This document shows positions 12,301 through 24,629 of a DNA stretch of 64,000 bases, piece by piece. Below the pieces are notes generated by a model. That model ran no database searches. It had not been told where the DNA came from and saw only the letters and a program-made list of their open reading frames with translations. This stretch comes from Eledone cirrhosa (Eukaryota), in assembly GCA_964016885.1 (NCBI GenBank), contig OZ024742.1:167090001-167154000 (forward strand), read 5' to 3'. The position numbers were made by a program, and so were the translations under genes. Position 1 is the stretch's first letter; the number at the start of each line of letters is the position of its first letter.

Positions 12301-15300
12301 TAAAAAAAAAATCAGGGGGAGATAATTTGTAAAAAAAATCAGGAGGAGATAATTTGTAAAAAAAAATCAGGGGTAGATAATTTGTAAAAAAAAATCAGGG
12401 GGAGATAATTTGTAAAAAAAAATCAGGGGGAGATAATTTGTAAAAAAAATCAAGGGGAGATAATTTCCAGCCGTCCAAGGAGAGATAATTTAAAAAAAAA
12501 ATCAGGCGGAGATAATTTGTAAAAAAAAATCAAGGGGAGATAATTTGTAAAAAAAAATCAGGGGGAGATAATTTGTAAAAAAAATCAAGGGGAGATAATT
12601 TCCAGCCGTCCAAGGGAAGATAATTTCCAGCACTCCAAGGGGCTATAATTTCCAGTGTCCAAGGGGAGATAATTTCCAGCCAGCGAAGGGGAGATAATTT
12701 TTTTAAAAAAATCAGGGGGAGATATGTAAAAAAAATCAGAGGGAGATAATTTCTAAAAAAAATCAAAGGGAGATAATTTCCAGCCGTCCAAAGAGAGATA
12801 ATTTCTAGCCGTCCAAGGGGAGATAATTTCCAGCCAAGGGGAGATAATTTCCAGCCGTCCAAAGGGGAGATAATTTTTTAAAAAATCAGGTGGAGATAAT
12901 TTGTAAAAAAAATCAGGGGGAGATAATTTGTAAAAACAAAATCAAGGGCAGATAATTTCCAGCTGTCCAAGGGGAGATAATTTCCAGCCGTGCAAGGGGA
13001 GATAATTTCCAGCCGTCCAAGGGGAGATAATTTCCATCCTTCCAAGGGGAGATAATCTCCAGCCGTCCAAGGGGAGATAATTTCCAGCCAGCCAAGGGAA
13101 GATAATTTTTAAAAAAATCAGGCGGAGATTGTAAAAAAAATCAGGGGGAGATAATTTGTAAAAAAATCAGGGGGAGATAATTTGTAAAAAAAAAATCAGG
13201 GGAGATAATTTGTAAAAAAAAATCAGGGGGAGATAATTTGTAAAAAAAAAATCAGGGGGAGATAATTTGTAAAAAATAATCAGGGGTAGATAATTTGTAA
13301 AAAAAAATCAGGGGGAGATAATTTGTAAAAAAAAATCAGGGGGAGATAATTTGTAAAAAAATCAACGGGAGATAATATGCAGCCGTCCAAGGGGAGATAA
13401 TTTTCAGCCGTCCAAGGAGAGGTAATTTCTAGCCGTCCAAGGGGAGATAATTTCCAGCCGTCCAAGGGGAGATAATTTCAAGCCGTCCAAGGGGAGATAG
13501 TTTTTTTAAAAAAATCAGGCGGAGATAATTTGTAAAAAAAAAATCAGGGGGAGATAATTTGTAAAAAAAAATCAGGGGGAGATAATTTGTAAAAAAAATC
13601 AGGGGGAGATAATTTGTAAAAAAAATCAAGGGGAGATAATTTCCAGCCGTCCAAGGGAAGATAATTTCAAGCTCTCCAAGGGGCTATAATTTCCAGTGTC
13701 CAAGGGGAGATAATTTCCAGCCAGCGAAGGGGAGATATTTTTTTTTTAAAAATCAGGGGGAGATTTGTAAAAAAAATCAGGGGGAGATAATTTGCAAAAA
13801 AAATCAAAGGGAGATAATTTCCAGCCGTCCAAAGAGAGATAATTTCTAGCCGTCCAAGGGGAGATAATTTCGAGCCAAGGGGAGATAATTTCCAGCCGTC
13901 CAAGGGGAGATAATTTTTTAAAAAATCAGGTGGAGATAATTTGTAAAAAAAATCAGGGGGAGATAATTTGTAAAAACAAAATCAAGGGCAGATAATTTCC
14001 AGCTGTCCAAGGGGAGATAATTTCCAGCCGTGCAAGGGGAGATAATTTCCAGCCGTCCAAAGGGAGATAATTTCCATCCTTCCAAGGGGAGATAATTTCC
14101 AGCCGTCCAAGGGGAGATAATTTCCCGCCAGCCAAGAGAAGATAATTTTTTAAAAAATCAGGCGGAGATTGTAAAAAAAATCAGCGGGAGATAATTTGTA
14201 AAAAAATCAGGGGGAGATAATTTGTAAAAAAATCAAGGGGAGATAATTTCCAGCTCTCCAAGGGGAGGTAATATCTAGCCGTCCAAGGGGAGATAATTTC
14301 CAGCCGTCCAAGGGGAGATAATTTCCAGCCGTCCAAGGGTAGATAATATCCAGCCGTCCAAGGAGACATATTTTCCAGCCGTCCAAGGAGAGGTAATTTC
14401 TAGCCGTCCAAGTGGAGATAAATTCCAGCCTCCAAGGGGAGATAATTTCCAGCCAGCCAAGGGGAGATAATTTGTAAAAAAATCAGGGGGAGATAATTTG
14501 TAAAAAAAATCAGGGGGAGATAATTTGTACAAAAAATCAGGGGTAGATAATTTGTAAAAAAAATCAGGGGGAGATAATTTGTAAAAAAAATCAAGGGGAG
14601 ATAATTTGCAGCCGTCCAAGGGGAGATAATTTTCAGCCGTCCAAGGAGAGGTAATTTCTAGCCGTCCAAGGTGAGATAATATCCAGCCGTCCAAGGGGAG
14701 ATAATTTCCAGCCGTCCAAGGGGAGATAATTTTTAAAAAAAAACAGGCGGAGATAATTTGTAAAAAAAAAATCAGGGTGAGATAATTTGTAAATAAAAAT
14801 CAGGGGGAGATAATTTGTAAAAAAAAATCAGGGGGAGGTAATTTATAAAAAAAATCAAGGGGAGATAATTTCCAGCCGTCCAAGGGAAGATAATTTCCAG
14901 CCCTCCAAGGGGCTATAATTTCCAGCGTCCAAGGGGAGATAATTTCCAGCCAGCGAAGGGGAGATAATTTTTTTTTTTTTAAATCAGGGGGACATAATTT
15001 GTAAAAAAAATAAGGGGGAGATAATCTGTAAAAAAAATCAAGGGGAGATAATTTGTAAAAAAATCAGGGGGAGATAATTTGTAAAAAAAAATCAGGGGGA
15101 GATAATTTGTAAAAAAAATCAAGGGGAGATAATTTGTAAAAAAAATCAAGGGGAGATAATTTCCAGCCGTCCAAGGGGAGATAATTTTCAGCCGTCCAAG
15201 GGGAGATAATTTCCCGCCAGCCAAGGGAAGATAATATTTAAAAAAATCAGGCGGAGATAATTTGTAAAAAAAATCAGGGGGAGATAATTTGTAAAAAAAT

Positions 15301-16330
15301 CAGGGGGAGATAATTTGTAAAAAAAAAATCAGGGGGAGATTTGTAAAAAAAATCAGGGGGAGATAATTTGTAAAAAAAAATCAGGGGTAGATAATTTGTA
15401 AAAAAAAATCAGGGGGAGATAATTTGTAAAAAAAAATCAGGGGGAGATAATTTGTAAAAAAAATCAATTGGAGATAATTTCCAGCCGTCCAAGGGGAGAT
15501 AATTTTCAGCCGTCCAAGGAGAGGTAATTTCTAGACGTCCAAGGGGAGATAATTTCCAGCCGTCCAATGGGAGATAATTTCCAGCCGTCCAAGGGGAGAT
15601 AATTTTTAAAAAAAAATCAGGCGGAGATAATTTGTAAAAAAAATCTAGGGGAGATAATTTGCAGCCGTCCAAGGGGAGATAATTTTCAGTCGTCCAAGGA
15701 GAGGTAATTTCTAGCCGTCCAAGGGGAGATAATTTCCAGCCGTCAAAGGGGAGATAATTTCCAGCCGTCCAAGGGGAGATAATTTTTTTAAAAAAATCAG
15801 GCGGAGATAATTTGTAAAAAAAATCAGGGGGAGATAATTTGTAAAAAAAAATCAGGGGGAGATAATTTGTAAAAAAAAATCAGGGGGAGATAATTTGTAA
15901 AAAAAATCAAGGAGAGATAATTTCCAGCCGTCCAAGGGAAGATAATTTCAAGCCCTCCAAGGGGCTATAATTTCCAGTGTCCAAGGGGAGATAATTTCCA
16001 GCCAGCGAAGGGGAGATAATTTTTTTTTTAAAATCAGGGGGAGATTTGTAAAAAAAATCAAGGGGAGATAATTTGTAAAAAAATCAGGGGGAGATAATTT
16101 GTAAAAAAAAAATCAGGGGGAGATAATTTGTAAAAAAAATCAGGGGGAGATAATTTGTAAAAAAAAATCAGGGGTAGATAATTTGTAAAAAAAAATCAGG
16201 GGGAGATAATTTGTAAAAAAAAAATCAGGGGGAGATAATTTGTAAAAAAAATCAAGGGGAGATAATTTCCAGCCGTCCAAGGAGAGATAATTTTTAAAAA
16301 AAATCAGGCGGAGATAATTTGTAAAAAAAA
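6345..16330 (+). repeat. About 10-kb block, copy 1 (copy 2 at about 44450-54435)
   Basis: More than 20 consecutive ORF pairs at exactly offset 38105, from 6530/44635 to 15409/53514. Confidence 0.95.
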
Positions 16331-17199
16331 ATCAAGGGGAGATAATTTGTAAAAAAAAATCAGGGGGAGATAATTTGTAAAAAAAATCAAGGGGAGATAA
16401 TTTCCAGCCGTCCAAGGGAAGATAATTTCAAGCCCTCCAAGGGGCTATAATTTCCAGTGTCCAAGGGGAGATAATTTCCAGCCAGCGAAGGGGAGATAAT
16501 TTTTTTAAAAAAATCAGGGGGAGATATGTAAAAAAAATCAGAGGGAGATAATTTCTAAAAAAAATCAAAGGGAGATAATTTCCAGCCAAGGGGAGATAAT
16601 TTCCAGCCGTCCAAGGGGAGATAATTATTTAAAAAATCAGGGGGAGATAATTTGTAAAAACAAAATCAAGGGCAGATAATTTCCAGCTGTCCAAGGGGAG
16701 ATAATTTCCAGCCGTGCAAGGGGAGATAATTTCCAGCCGTCCAAGGGGAGATAATTTCCATCCTTCCAAGGGGAGATAATTTCCAGCCGTCCAAGGGGAG
16801 ATAATTTCCCGCCAGCCAAGGGAAGATAATTTTTTAAAAAATCAGGCGGAGATTGTAAAAAAAATCAGGGGGAGATAATTTGTAAAAAAATCAGGGGGAG
16901 ATAATTTGTAAAAAAAAAATCAGGGGAGATAATTTGTAAAAAAAAATCAGGGGGAGATAATTTGTAAAAAAAAAATCAGGGGGAGATAATTTGTAAAAAA
17001 AATCAGGGGTAGATAATTTGTAAAAAAAAATCAGGGGGAGATAATTTGTAAAAAAAAATCAGTGGGAGATAATTTGTAAAAAAATCAAGGGGAGATAATA
17101 TGCAGCCGTCCAAGGGGAGATAATTTTCAGCCGTCCAAGGAGAGTTAATTTCTAGCCGTCCAAGGGGAGATAATTTCCAGCCGTCCAAGGGGAGATAAT

Positions 17200-20100
17200 T
17201 TCCAGCCGTCCAAGGGGAGATAGTTTTTTTAAAAAAATCAGGCGGAGATAATTTGTAAAAAAAAAATCAGGGGGAGATAATTTGTAAAAAAAATCAGGGG
17301 GAGATAATTTGTAAAAAAAAATCAAGGGGAGATAATTTGTTAAAAAAATCAGGGGGAGATAATTAGTAAAAAAATCAAGGGGAGATAATTTCCAGCCGTC
17401 CAAGGGGAGGTAATATCTAGCCGTCCAAGGGGAGATAATTTCCAGCCGTCCAAGGGTAGATAATATCCAGCCGTCCAAGTAGACATATTTTCCAGCCGTC
17501 CAAGGAGAGGTAATTTCTAGCCGTCCAAGGGGAGATAAATTCTAGCCTCCAAGGGGAGATAATTTCCAGCAAGCCAAGGGGAGATAATTTGTAAAAAAAT
17601 CAGGGGGAGATAATTTGTAAAAAAAATCAGGGGGAGATAATTTGTAAAAAAAAATCAGGGGGAGATAATTTGTAAAAAAAATCAGGGGGAGATAATTTGT
17701 AAAAAAAAATCAGGGGGAGATAATTTGTAAAAAAAAATCAGGGGGAGATAATTTGTAAAAAAAAATCAGGGGGAGATAATTTGTAAAAAAAATCAAGGGG
17801 AGATAATTTCCAGCCGTCCAAGGGGAGATAATTTCCAGCCGTCCAAGGGGAGGTAATATCTAGCCGTCCAAGGGGAGATAATTTCTAGCCGTCCAAGAGG
17901 AGATAATTTCCAGCCGTCCAAGGGAAGATAATTTCAAGCCCTCCAAGGGGCGATAATTTCCAGTGTCCAAGGGGAGATAATTTCCAGCCAGCGAAGGGGA
18001 GATAATTTTTTTTTAAAAATCAGGGGGAGATTTGTAAAAAAAATCAGGGGGAGATAATTTGTAAAAAAAATCAAGGGGAGATAATTTCCAGCCGTCGAAG
18101 GGAAGATAATTTCCAGCCCTCCAAGGGGCTATAATTTCCAGCGTCCAAGAGGAGATAATTTCCAGCCAGCGAAGGGGAGATAATTTTTTTAAAAAAATCA
18201 TTGGGAGATTTGTAAAAAAAATCAGGGAGAGATAATTTGTAAAAAAAATCAAGGGGAGATAATTTCCAGCCGTCCAAGGGGAGGTAATATCTAGCCGTCC
18301 AAGGGGAGATAATTTCCAGCCGTCCAAGGGGAGATAATTTCCAGCCGTCCAAGGGTAGATAATATCCAGCCGTCCAAGTAGACATTTTCCAGCCGTCCAA
18401 GGAGAGGTAATTTCTAGCCGTCCAAGGGGAGATAAATTCCAGCCTCCAAGGGGAGATAATTTCCAGCCAGCCAAGGGGAGATAATTTGTAAAAAAAATCA
18501 TGGGGAGATAATTTGTAAAAAAAAATCAGGGGGAGATAATTTGTAAAAAAAAATCAGGGGGAGATAATTTGTAAAAAAAAATCAGGGGGAGATAATTTGT
18601 AAAAAAATCAAGGGGAGATAATTTCCAGCCGTCCAAGGGGAGATAATTTTCAGCCGTCCAAGGGGAGATAATTTCCAGCCGTCCAAGGGGAGATAATTTC
18701 CATCCCTCCAAGGGGAGATAATTTCCAGCCGTCCAAGGGGAGATAATTTCCCGCCAACCAAGGGAAGATAATTTTTAAAAAAATCAGGCGGAGATTGTAA
18801 AAAAAATCAGGGGGAGATAATTTGTAAAAAAAAAATCAGGGGGAGATAATTTGTAAAAAAAATCAGGGGGAGATAATTTGTAAAAAAAAATCAAGGGGAG
18901 ATAATTTGTACAAAAAATCAGGGGTATATAATTTGTAAAAAAAAATCAGGGGGAGGTAATTTGTAAAAAAAATCAGGGGGAGATAATTTGTAAAAAAAAT
19001 CAAGGGGAGATAATTTGCAGCCGTCCAAGGGGAGATAATTTTCAGCCGTCCAAGGAGAGGTAATTTCTAGCCGTCCAAGGTGAGATAATATCCAGCCGTC
19101 CAAGGGGAGATAATTTCCAGCCGTCCAAGGGGAGATAGTTTTTTTAAAAAAATCAGGCGGAGATAATTTGTAAAAAAAAAATCAGGGGGAGATAATTTGT
19201 AAAAAAAAATCAGGGGGAGATAATTTGTAAAAAAAAATCAAGGGGAGATAATTTGTTAAAAAAATCAGGGGGAGATAATTAGTAAAAAAATCAAGGTGAG
19301 ATAATTTCCAGCCGTCCAAGGGGAGGTAATATCTAGCCGTCCAAGGGGAGATAATTTCCAGCCGTCCAAGGGGAGATAATTTCCAGCCGTCCAAGGGTAG
19401 ATAATATCCAGCCGTCCAAGTAGACATATTTTCCAGCCGTCCAAGGAGAGGTAATTTCTAGCCGTCCAAGGGGAGATAAATTCTAGCCTCCAAGGGGAGA
19501 ATATTTCCAGCAAGCCAAGGGGAGATAATTTGTAAAAAAATCAGGGGGAGATAATTTGTAAAAAAAATCAGGGGGAGATAATTTGTAAAAAAAAATCAGG
19601 GGGAGATAATTTGTAAAAAAAATCAGGGGGAGATAATTTGTAAAAAAAAATCAGGGGGAGATAATTTGTAAAAAAAAATCAGGGGGAGATAATTTGTAAA
19701 AAAAAATCAGGGGGAGATAATTTGTAAAAAAAATCAAGGGGAGATAATTTCCAGCCGTCCAAGGGGAGATAATTTCCAGCCGTCCAAGGGGAGGTAATAT
19801 TTAGCCGTCCAAGGGGCTATAATTTCCAGTGTCCAAGGGGAGATAATTTCCAGCCAGCGAAGGGGAGATAATTTTTTTTTAAAAATCAGGGGGAGATTTG
19901 TAAAAAAAATCAGGGGGAGATAATTTGTAAAAAAAATCAAGGGGAGATAATTTCCAGCCGTCGAAGGGAAGATAATTTCCAGCCCTCCAAGGGGCTATAA
20001 TTTCCAGCGTCCAAGGGGAGATAATTTCCAGCCAGCGAAGGGGAGATAATTTTTTTAAAAAAATCATTGGGAGATTTGTAAAAAAAATCAGGGAGAGATA

Positions 20101-21000
20101 ATTTGTAAAAAAAATCAAGGGGAGATAATTTCCAGCCGTCCAAGGGGAGGTAATATCTAGCCGTCCAAGGGGAGATAATTTCCAGCCGTCCAAGGGGAGA
20201 TAATTTCCAGCCGTCCAAGGGTAGATAATATCCAGCCGTCCAAGTAGACATTTTCCAGCCGTCCAAGGAGAGGTAATTTCTAGCCGTCCAAGGGGAGATA
20301 AATTCCAGCCTCCAAGGGGAGATAATTTCCAGCCAGCCAAGGGGAGATAATTTGTAAAAAAAATCATGGGCAGATAATTTGTAAAAAAAAATCAGGGGGA
20401 GATAATTTGTAAAAAAAAATCAGGGGGAGATAATTTGTAAAAAAAAATCAGGGGGAGATAATTTGTAAAAAAATCAAGGGGAGATAATTTCCAGCCGTCC
20501 AAGGGGAGATAATTTTCAGCCGTCCAAGGGGAGATAATTTCCAGCCGTCCAAGGGGAGATAATTTCCATCCTTCCAAGGGGAGATAATTTCCAGCCGTCC
20601 AAGGGGAGATAATTTCCCGCCAACCAAGGGAAGATAATTTTTAAAAAAATCAGGCGGAGATTGTAAAAAAAATCAGGGGGAGATAATTTGTAAAAAAAAA
20701 ATCAGGGGGAGATAATTTGTAAAAAAAATCAGGGGGAGATAATTTGTAAAAAAAAATCAAGGGGAGATAATTTGTACAAAAAATCAGGGGTATATAATTT
20801 GTAAAAAAAAATCAGGGGGAGGTAATTTGTAAAAAAAATCAGGGGGAGATAATTTGTAAAAAAAATCAAGGGGAGATAATTTGCAGCCGTCCAAGGGGAG
20901 ATAATTTTCAGCCGTCCAAGGAGAGGTAATTTCTAGCCGTCCAAGGTGAGATAATATCCAGCCGTCCAAGGGGAGATAATTTCCAGCCGTCCAAGGGGAG
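17200..21000 (+). repeat. Tandem higher-order duplication, period about 1866-1940 bp
   Basis: ORF pairs 18013/19879, 18071/19937, 18526/20392 and 18918/20784 at offset 1866. Private variants TCATGGG (about 18498, 20364), CCAGCAAGCC (about 17566, 19506) and TTTGTTAAAA occur in both copies. Confidence 0.9.
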
Positions 21001-21846
21001 ATAATTTTAAAAAAAAAACAGGCGAAGATAATTTGTAAAAAAAAAATCAGGGGGAGATAATTTGTAAAAAAAAATCAGGGGGAGATAATTTGTAAAAAAA
21101 AATCAGGGGGAGGTAATTTGTAAAAAAAATCAAGGGGAGATAATTTCCAGCCGTCCAAGGGAAGATAATTTCCAGCCCTCCAAGGGGCTATAATTTCCAG
21201 CGTCCAAGGGGAGATAATTTCCAGCCAGCGAAGGGGAGATAATTTTTTTTTTTTTAAATTAGGGGGACATAATTTGTAAAAAAAATCAGGGGGAGATAAT
21301 TTGTAAAAAAAATCAAGGGGAGATAATTTTTAAAAAAAAATCAGGGGGAGATAATTTGTAAAAAAAAATCAGGGGGAGATAATTTGTAAAAAAAATCAAG
21401 GGGAGATAATTTGTAAAAAAAAATCAAGGGGAGATAATTTCCAGCCGTCCAAGGGGAGATAATTTTCAGCCGTCCAAGGGGAGATAATTTCCCGCCAGCC
21501 AAGGAAAGATAATATTTAAAAAAATCAGGCGGAGATAATTTGTAAAAAAAATCAGGGGGAGATAATTTGTAAAAAAATCAGGGGGAGATAATTTGTAAAA
21601 AAAAAATCAGGGGGAGATAATTTGTAAAAAAAATCAGGGGGAGATAATTTGTAAAAAAAAATCAGGGGGAGATAATTTGTAAAAAAAAATCAGGGGGAGA
21701 TAATTTGTAAAAAAAATCAATTGGAGATAATTTCCAGCCGTCCAAGGGGAGATAATTTTCAGCCGTCCAAGGAGAGGTAATTTCTAGACGTCCAAGGGGA
21801 GATAATTTCCAGCCGTCCAAGGGGAGATAATTTCCAGCCGTCCAAG

Positions 21847-24420
21847 GGTAGATAATATCCAGCCGTCCAAGGAGACATATTTTCCAGCTTTCCAAGGAGA
21901 GGTAATTTCTAGCCGTCCAAGGGGAGATAAATTCCAGCCTCCAAGGGGAGATAATTTCCAGCCAGCCAAGGGGAGATAATTTGTAAAAAAATCAGGGGGA
22001 GATAATTTGTAAAAAAAAATCAGGGGCAGATAATTTGTAAAAAAAATCAGGAGGAGATAATTTGTAAAAAAAATCAGGGGGAGATAATTTGTAAAAAAAA
22101 TCAAGGGGAGATAATTTCCAGCCGTCCAAGGGGAGATAATTTTCAGCCGTCCAAGGGGAGATAATTTCCCGCCAGCCAAGGGAAGATAATATTTAAAAAA
22201 TGAGGCGGAGATAATTTGTAAAAAAAATCAGGGGGAGATAATTTGTAAAAAAATCAGGGGGAGATAATTTGTAAAAAAAAAATCAGGGAGAGATAATTTG
22301 TAAAAAAAATCAGGGGGAGATAATTTGTAAAAAAAAATCAGGGGTAGATAATTTGTAAAAAAAAATCAGGGGGAGATAATTTGTAAAAAAAATCAGGGTG
22401 AGATAATTTGTAAAAAAAATCAAGGGGAGATAATTTCCAGCCGTCCAAGGGAAGATAATTTCAAGCCCTCCAAGGGGCTATAATTTCCAGTGTCCAAGGG
22501 GAGATAATTTCCAGCCGTCCAAGGGGAGATAATTTTTTAAAAAATCAGGTGGAGATAATTTGTAAAAAAAATCAGGGGGAGATAATTTGTAAAAACAAAA
22601 TCAAGGGCAGATAATTTCCAGCTGTCCAAGGGGAGATAATTTCCAGCCGTGCAAGGGGAGATAATTTCCAGCCGTCCAAGGGGAGATAATTTCCATCCTT
22701 CCAAGGGGAGATAATTTCCAGCCGTCCAAGGGGAGATAATTTCCCGCCAGCCAAGGGAAGATAATTTTTTAAAAAATCAGGCGGAGATTGTAAAAAAAAT
22801 CAGGGGGAGATAATTTGTAAAAAAATCAGGGGGAGATAATTTGTAAAAAAATCAAGGGGAGATAATTTCCAGCTGTCCAAAGGGAGGTAATATCTAGCCG
22901 TCCAAGGGGAGATAATCTCCAGCCGTCCAAGGGTAGATAATATCCAGCCGTCCAAGGAGACATATTTTCCAGCCGTCCAAGGAGAGGTAATTTCTAGCCG
23001 TCCAAGTGGAGATAAATTCCAGCCTCCAAGGGGAGGGTAGATAATATCCAGCCGTCCAAGGAGACATATTTTCCAGCTTTCCAAGGAGAGGTAATTTCTA
23101 GCCGTCCAAGGGGAGATAAATTCCAGCCTCCAAGGGGAGATAATTTCCAGCCAGCCAAGGGGAGATAATTTGTAAAAAAATCAGGGGGAGATAATTTGTA
23201 AAAAAAAATCAGGGGCAGATAATTTGTAAAAAAAATCAGGAGATAATTTGTAAAAAAAATCAGGGGGAGATAATTTGTAAAAAAAATCAAGGGGAGATAA
23301 TTTCCAGCCGTCCAAGGGGAGATAATTTTCAGCCGTCCAAGGGGAGATAATTTCCCGCCAGCCAAGGGAAGATAATATTTAAAAAATGAGGCGGAGATAA
23401 TTTGTAAAAAAAATCAGGGGGAGATAATTTGTAAAAAAATCAGGGGGAGATAATTTGTAAAAAAAAAATCAGGGAGAGATAATTTGTAAAAAAAATCAGG
23501 GGGAGATAATTTGTAAAAAAAAATCAGGGGTAGATAATTTGTAAAAAAAATCAGGGGGAGATAATTTGTAAAAAAAATCAGGGTGAGATAATTTGTAAAA
23601 AAAATCAAGGGGAGATAATTTCCAGCCGTCCAAGGGAAGATAATTTCAAGCCCTCCAAGGGGCTATAATTTCCAGTGTCCAAGGGGAGATAATTTCCAGC
23701 CAGCGAAGGGGAGATAATTTTTTTTTTTAAATCAGGGGGAGATTTGTACAAAAAATCAGGGGGAGATAATTTGTAAAAAAAATCAAAGGGAGATAATTTC
23801 CAGCCGTCCAAAGAGAGATAATTTCTAGCCGTCCAAGGGGAGATAATTTCGAGCCAAGCGGAGATAATTTCCAGCCGTCCAAGGGGAGATAATTTTTTAA
23901 AAAATCAGGTGGAGATAATTTGTAAAAAAAATCAGGGGGAGATAATTTGTAAAAACAAAATCAAGGGCAGATAATTTCCAGCTGTCCAAGGGGAGATAAT
24001 TTCCAGCCGTGCAAGGGGAGATAATTTCCAGCCGTCCAAGGGGAGATAATTTCCATCCTTCCAAGGGGAGATAATTTCCAGCCGTCCAAGGGGAGATAAT
24101 TTCCCGCCAGCCAAGGGAAGATAATTTTTTAAAAAATCAGGCGGAGATTGTAAAAAAAATCAGGGGGAGATAATTTGTAAAAAAATCAGGGGGAGATAAT
24201 TTGTAAAAAAAATCAAGGGGAGATAATTTCCAGCTGTCCAAAGGGAGGTAATATCTAGCCGTCCAAGGGGAGATAATTTCCAGCCGTCCAAGGGGAGATA
24301 ATTTCCAGCCGTCCAAGGGTAGATAATATCCAGCCGTCCAAGGAGACATATTTTCCAGCCGTCCAAGGAGAGGTAATTTCTAGCCGTCCAAGTGGAGATA
24401 AATTCCAGCCTCCAAGGGGA
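21847..24420 (+). repeat. Tandem higher-order duplication (offset about 1186-1189, later 1360) with an out-of-register junction at about 23035
   Basis: Private variant AAAAATGAGGCGG at about 22200 and 23386. ORF ends 22179/23365 and ORF pair 22572/23932. Confidence 0.85.
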
Positions 24421-24629
24421 GATAATTTCCAGCCAGCCAAGGGGAGATAATTTGTAAAAAAATCAGGGGGAGATAATTTGTAAAAAAAATCAGGGGGAGA
24501 TAATTTGTAAAAAAAAATCAGGGGGAGATAATTTGTAAAAAAAATCAGGGGGAGATAATTTGTAAAAAAAATCAAGGGGAGATAATTTCCAGCCGTCCAA
24601 GGAGAGATAATTTTAAAAAAAAATCAGGC

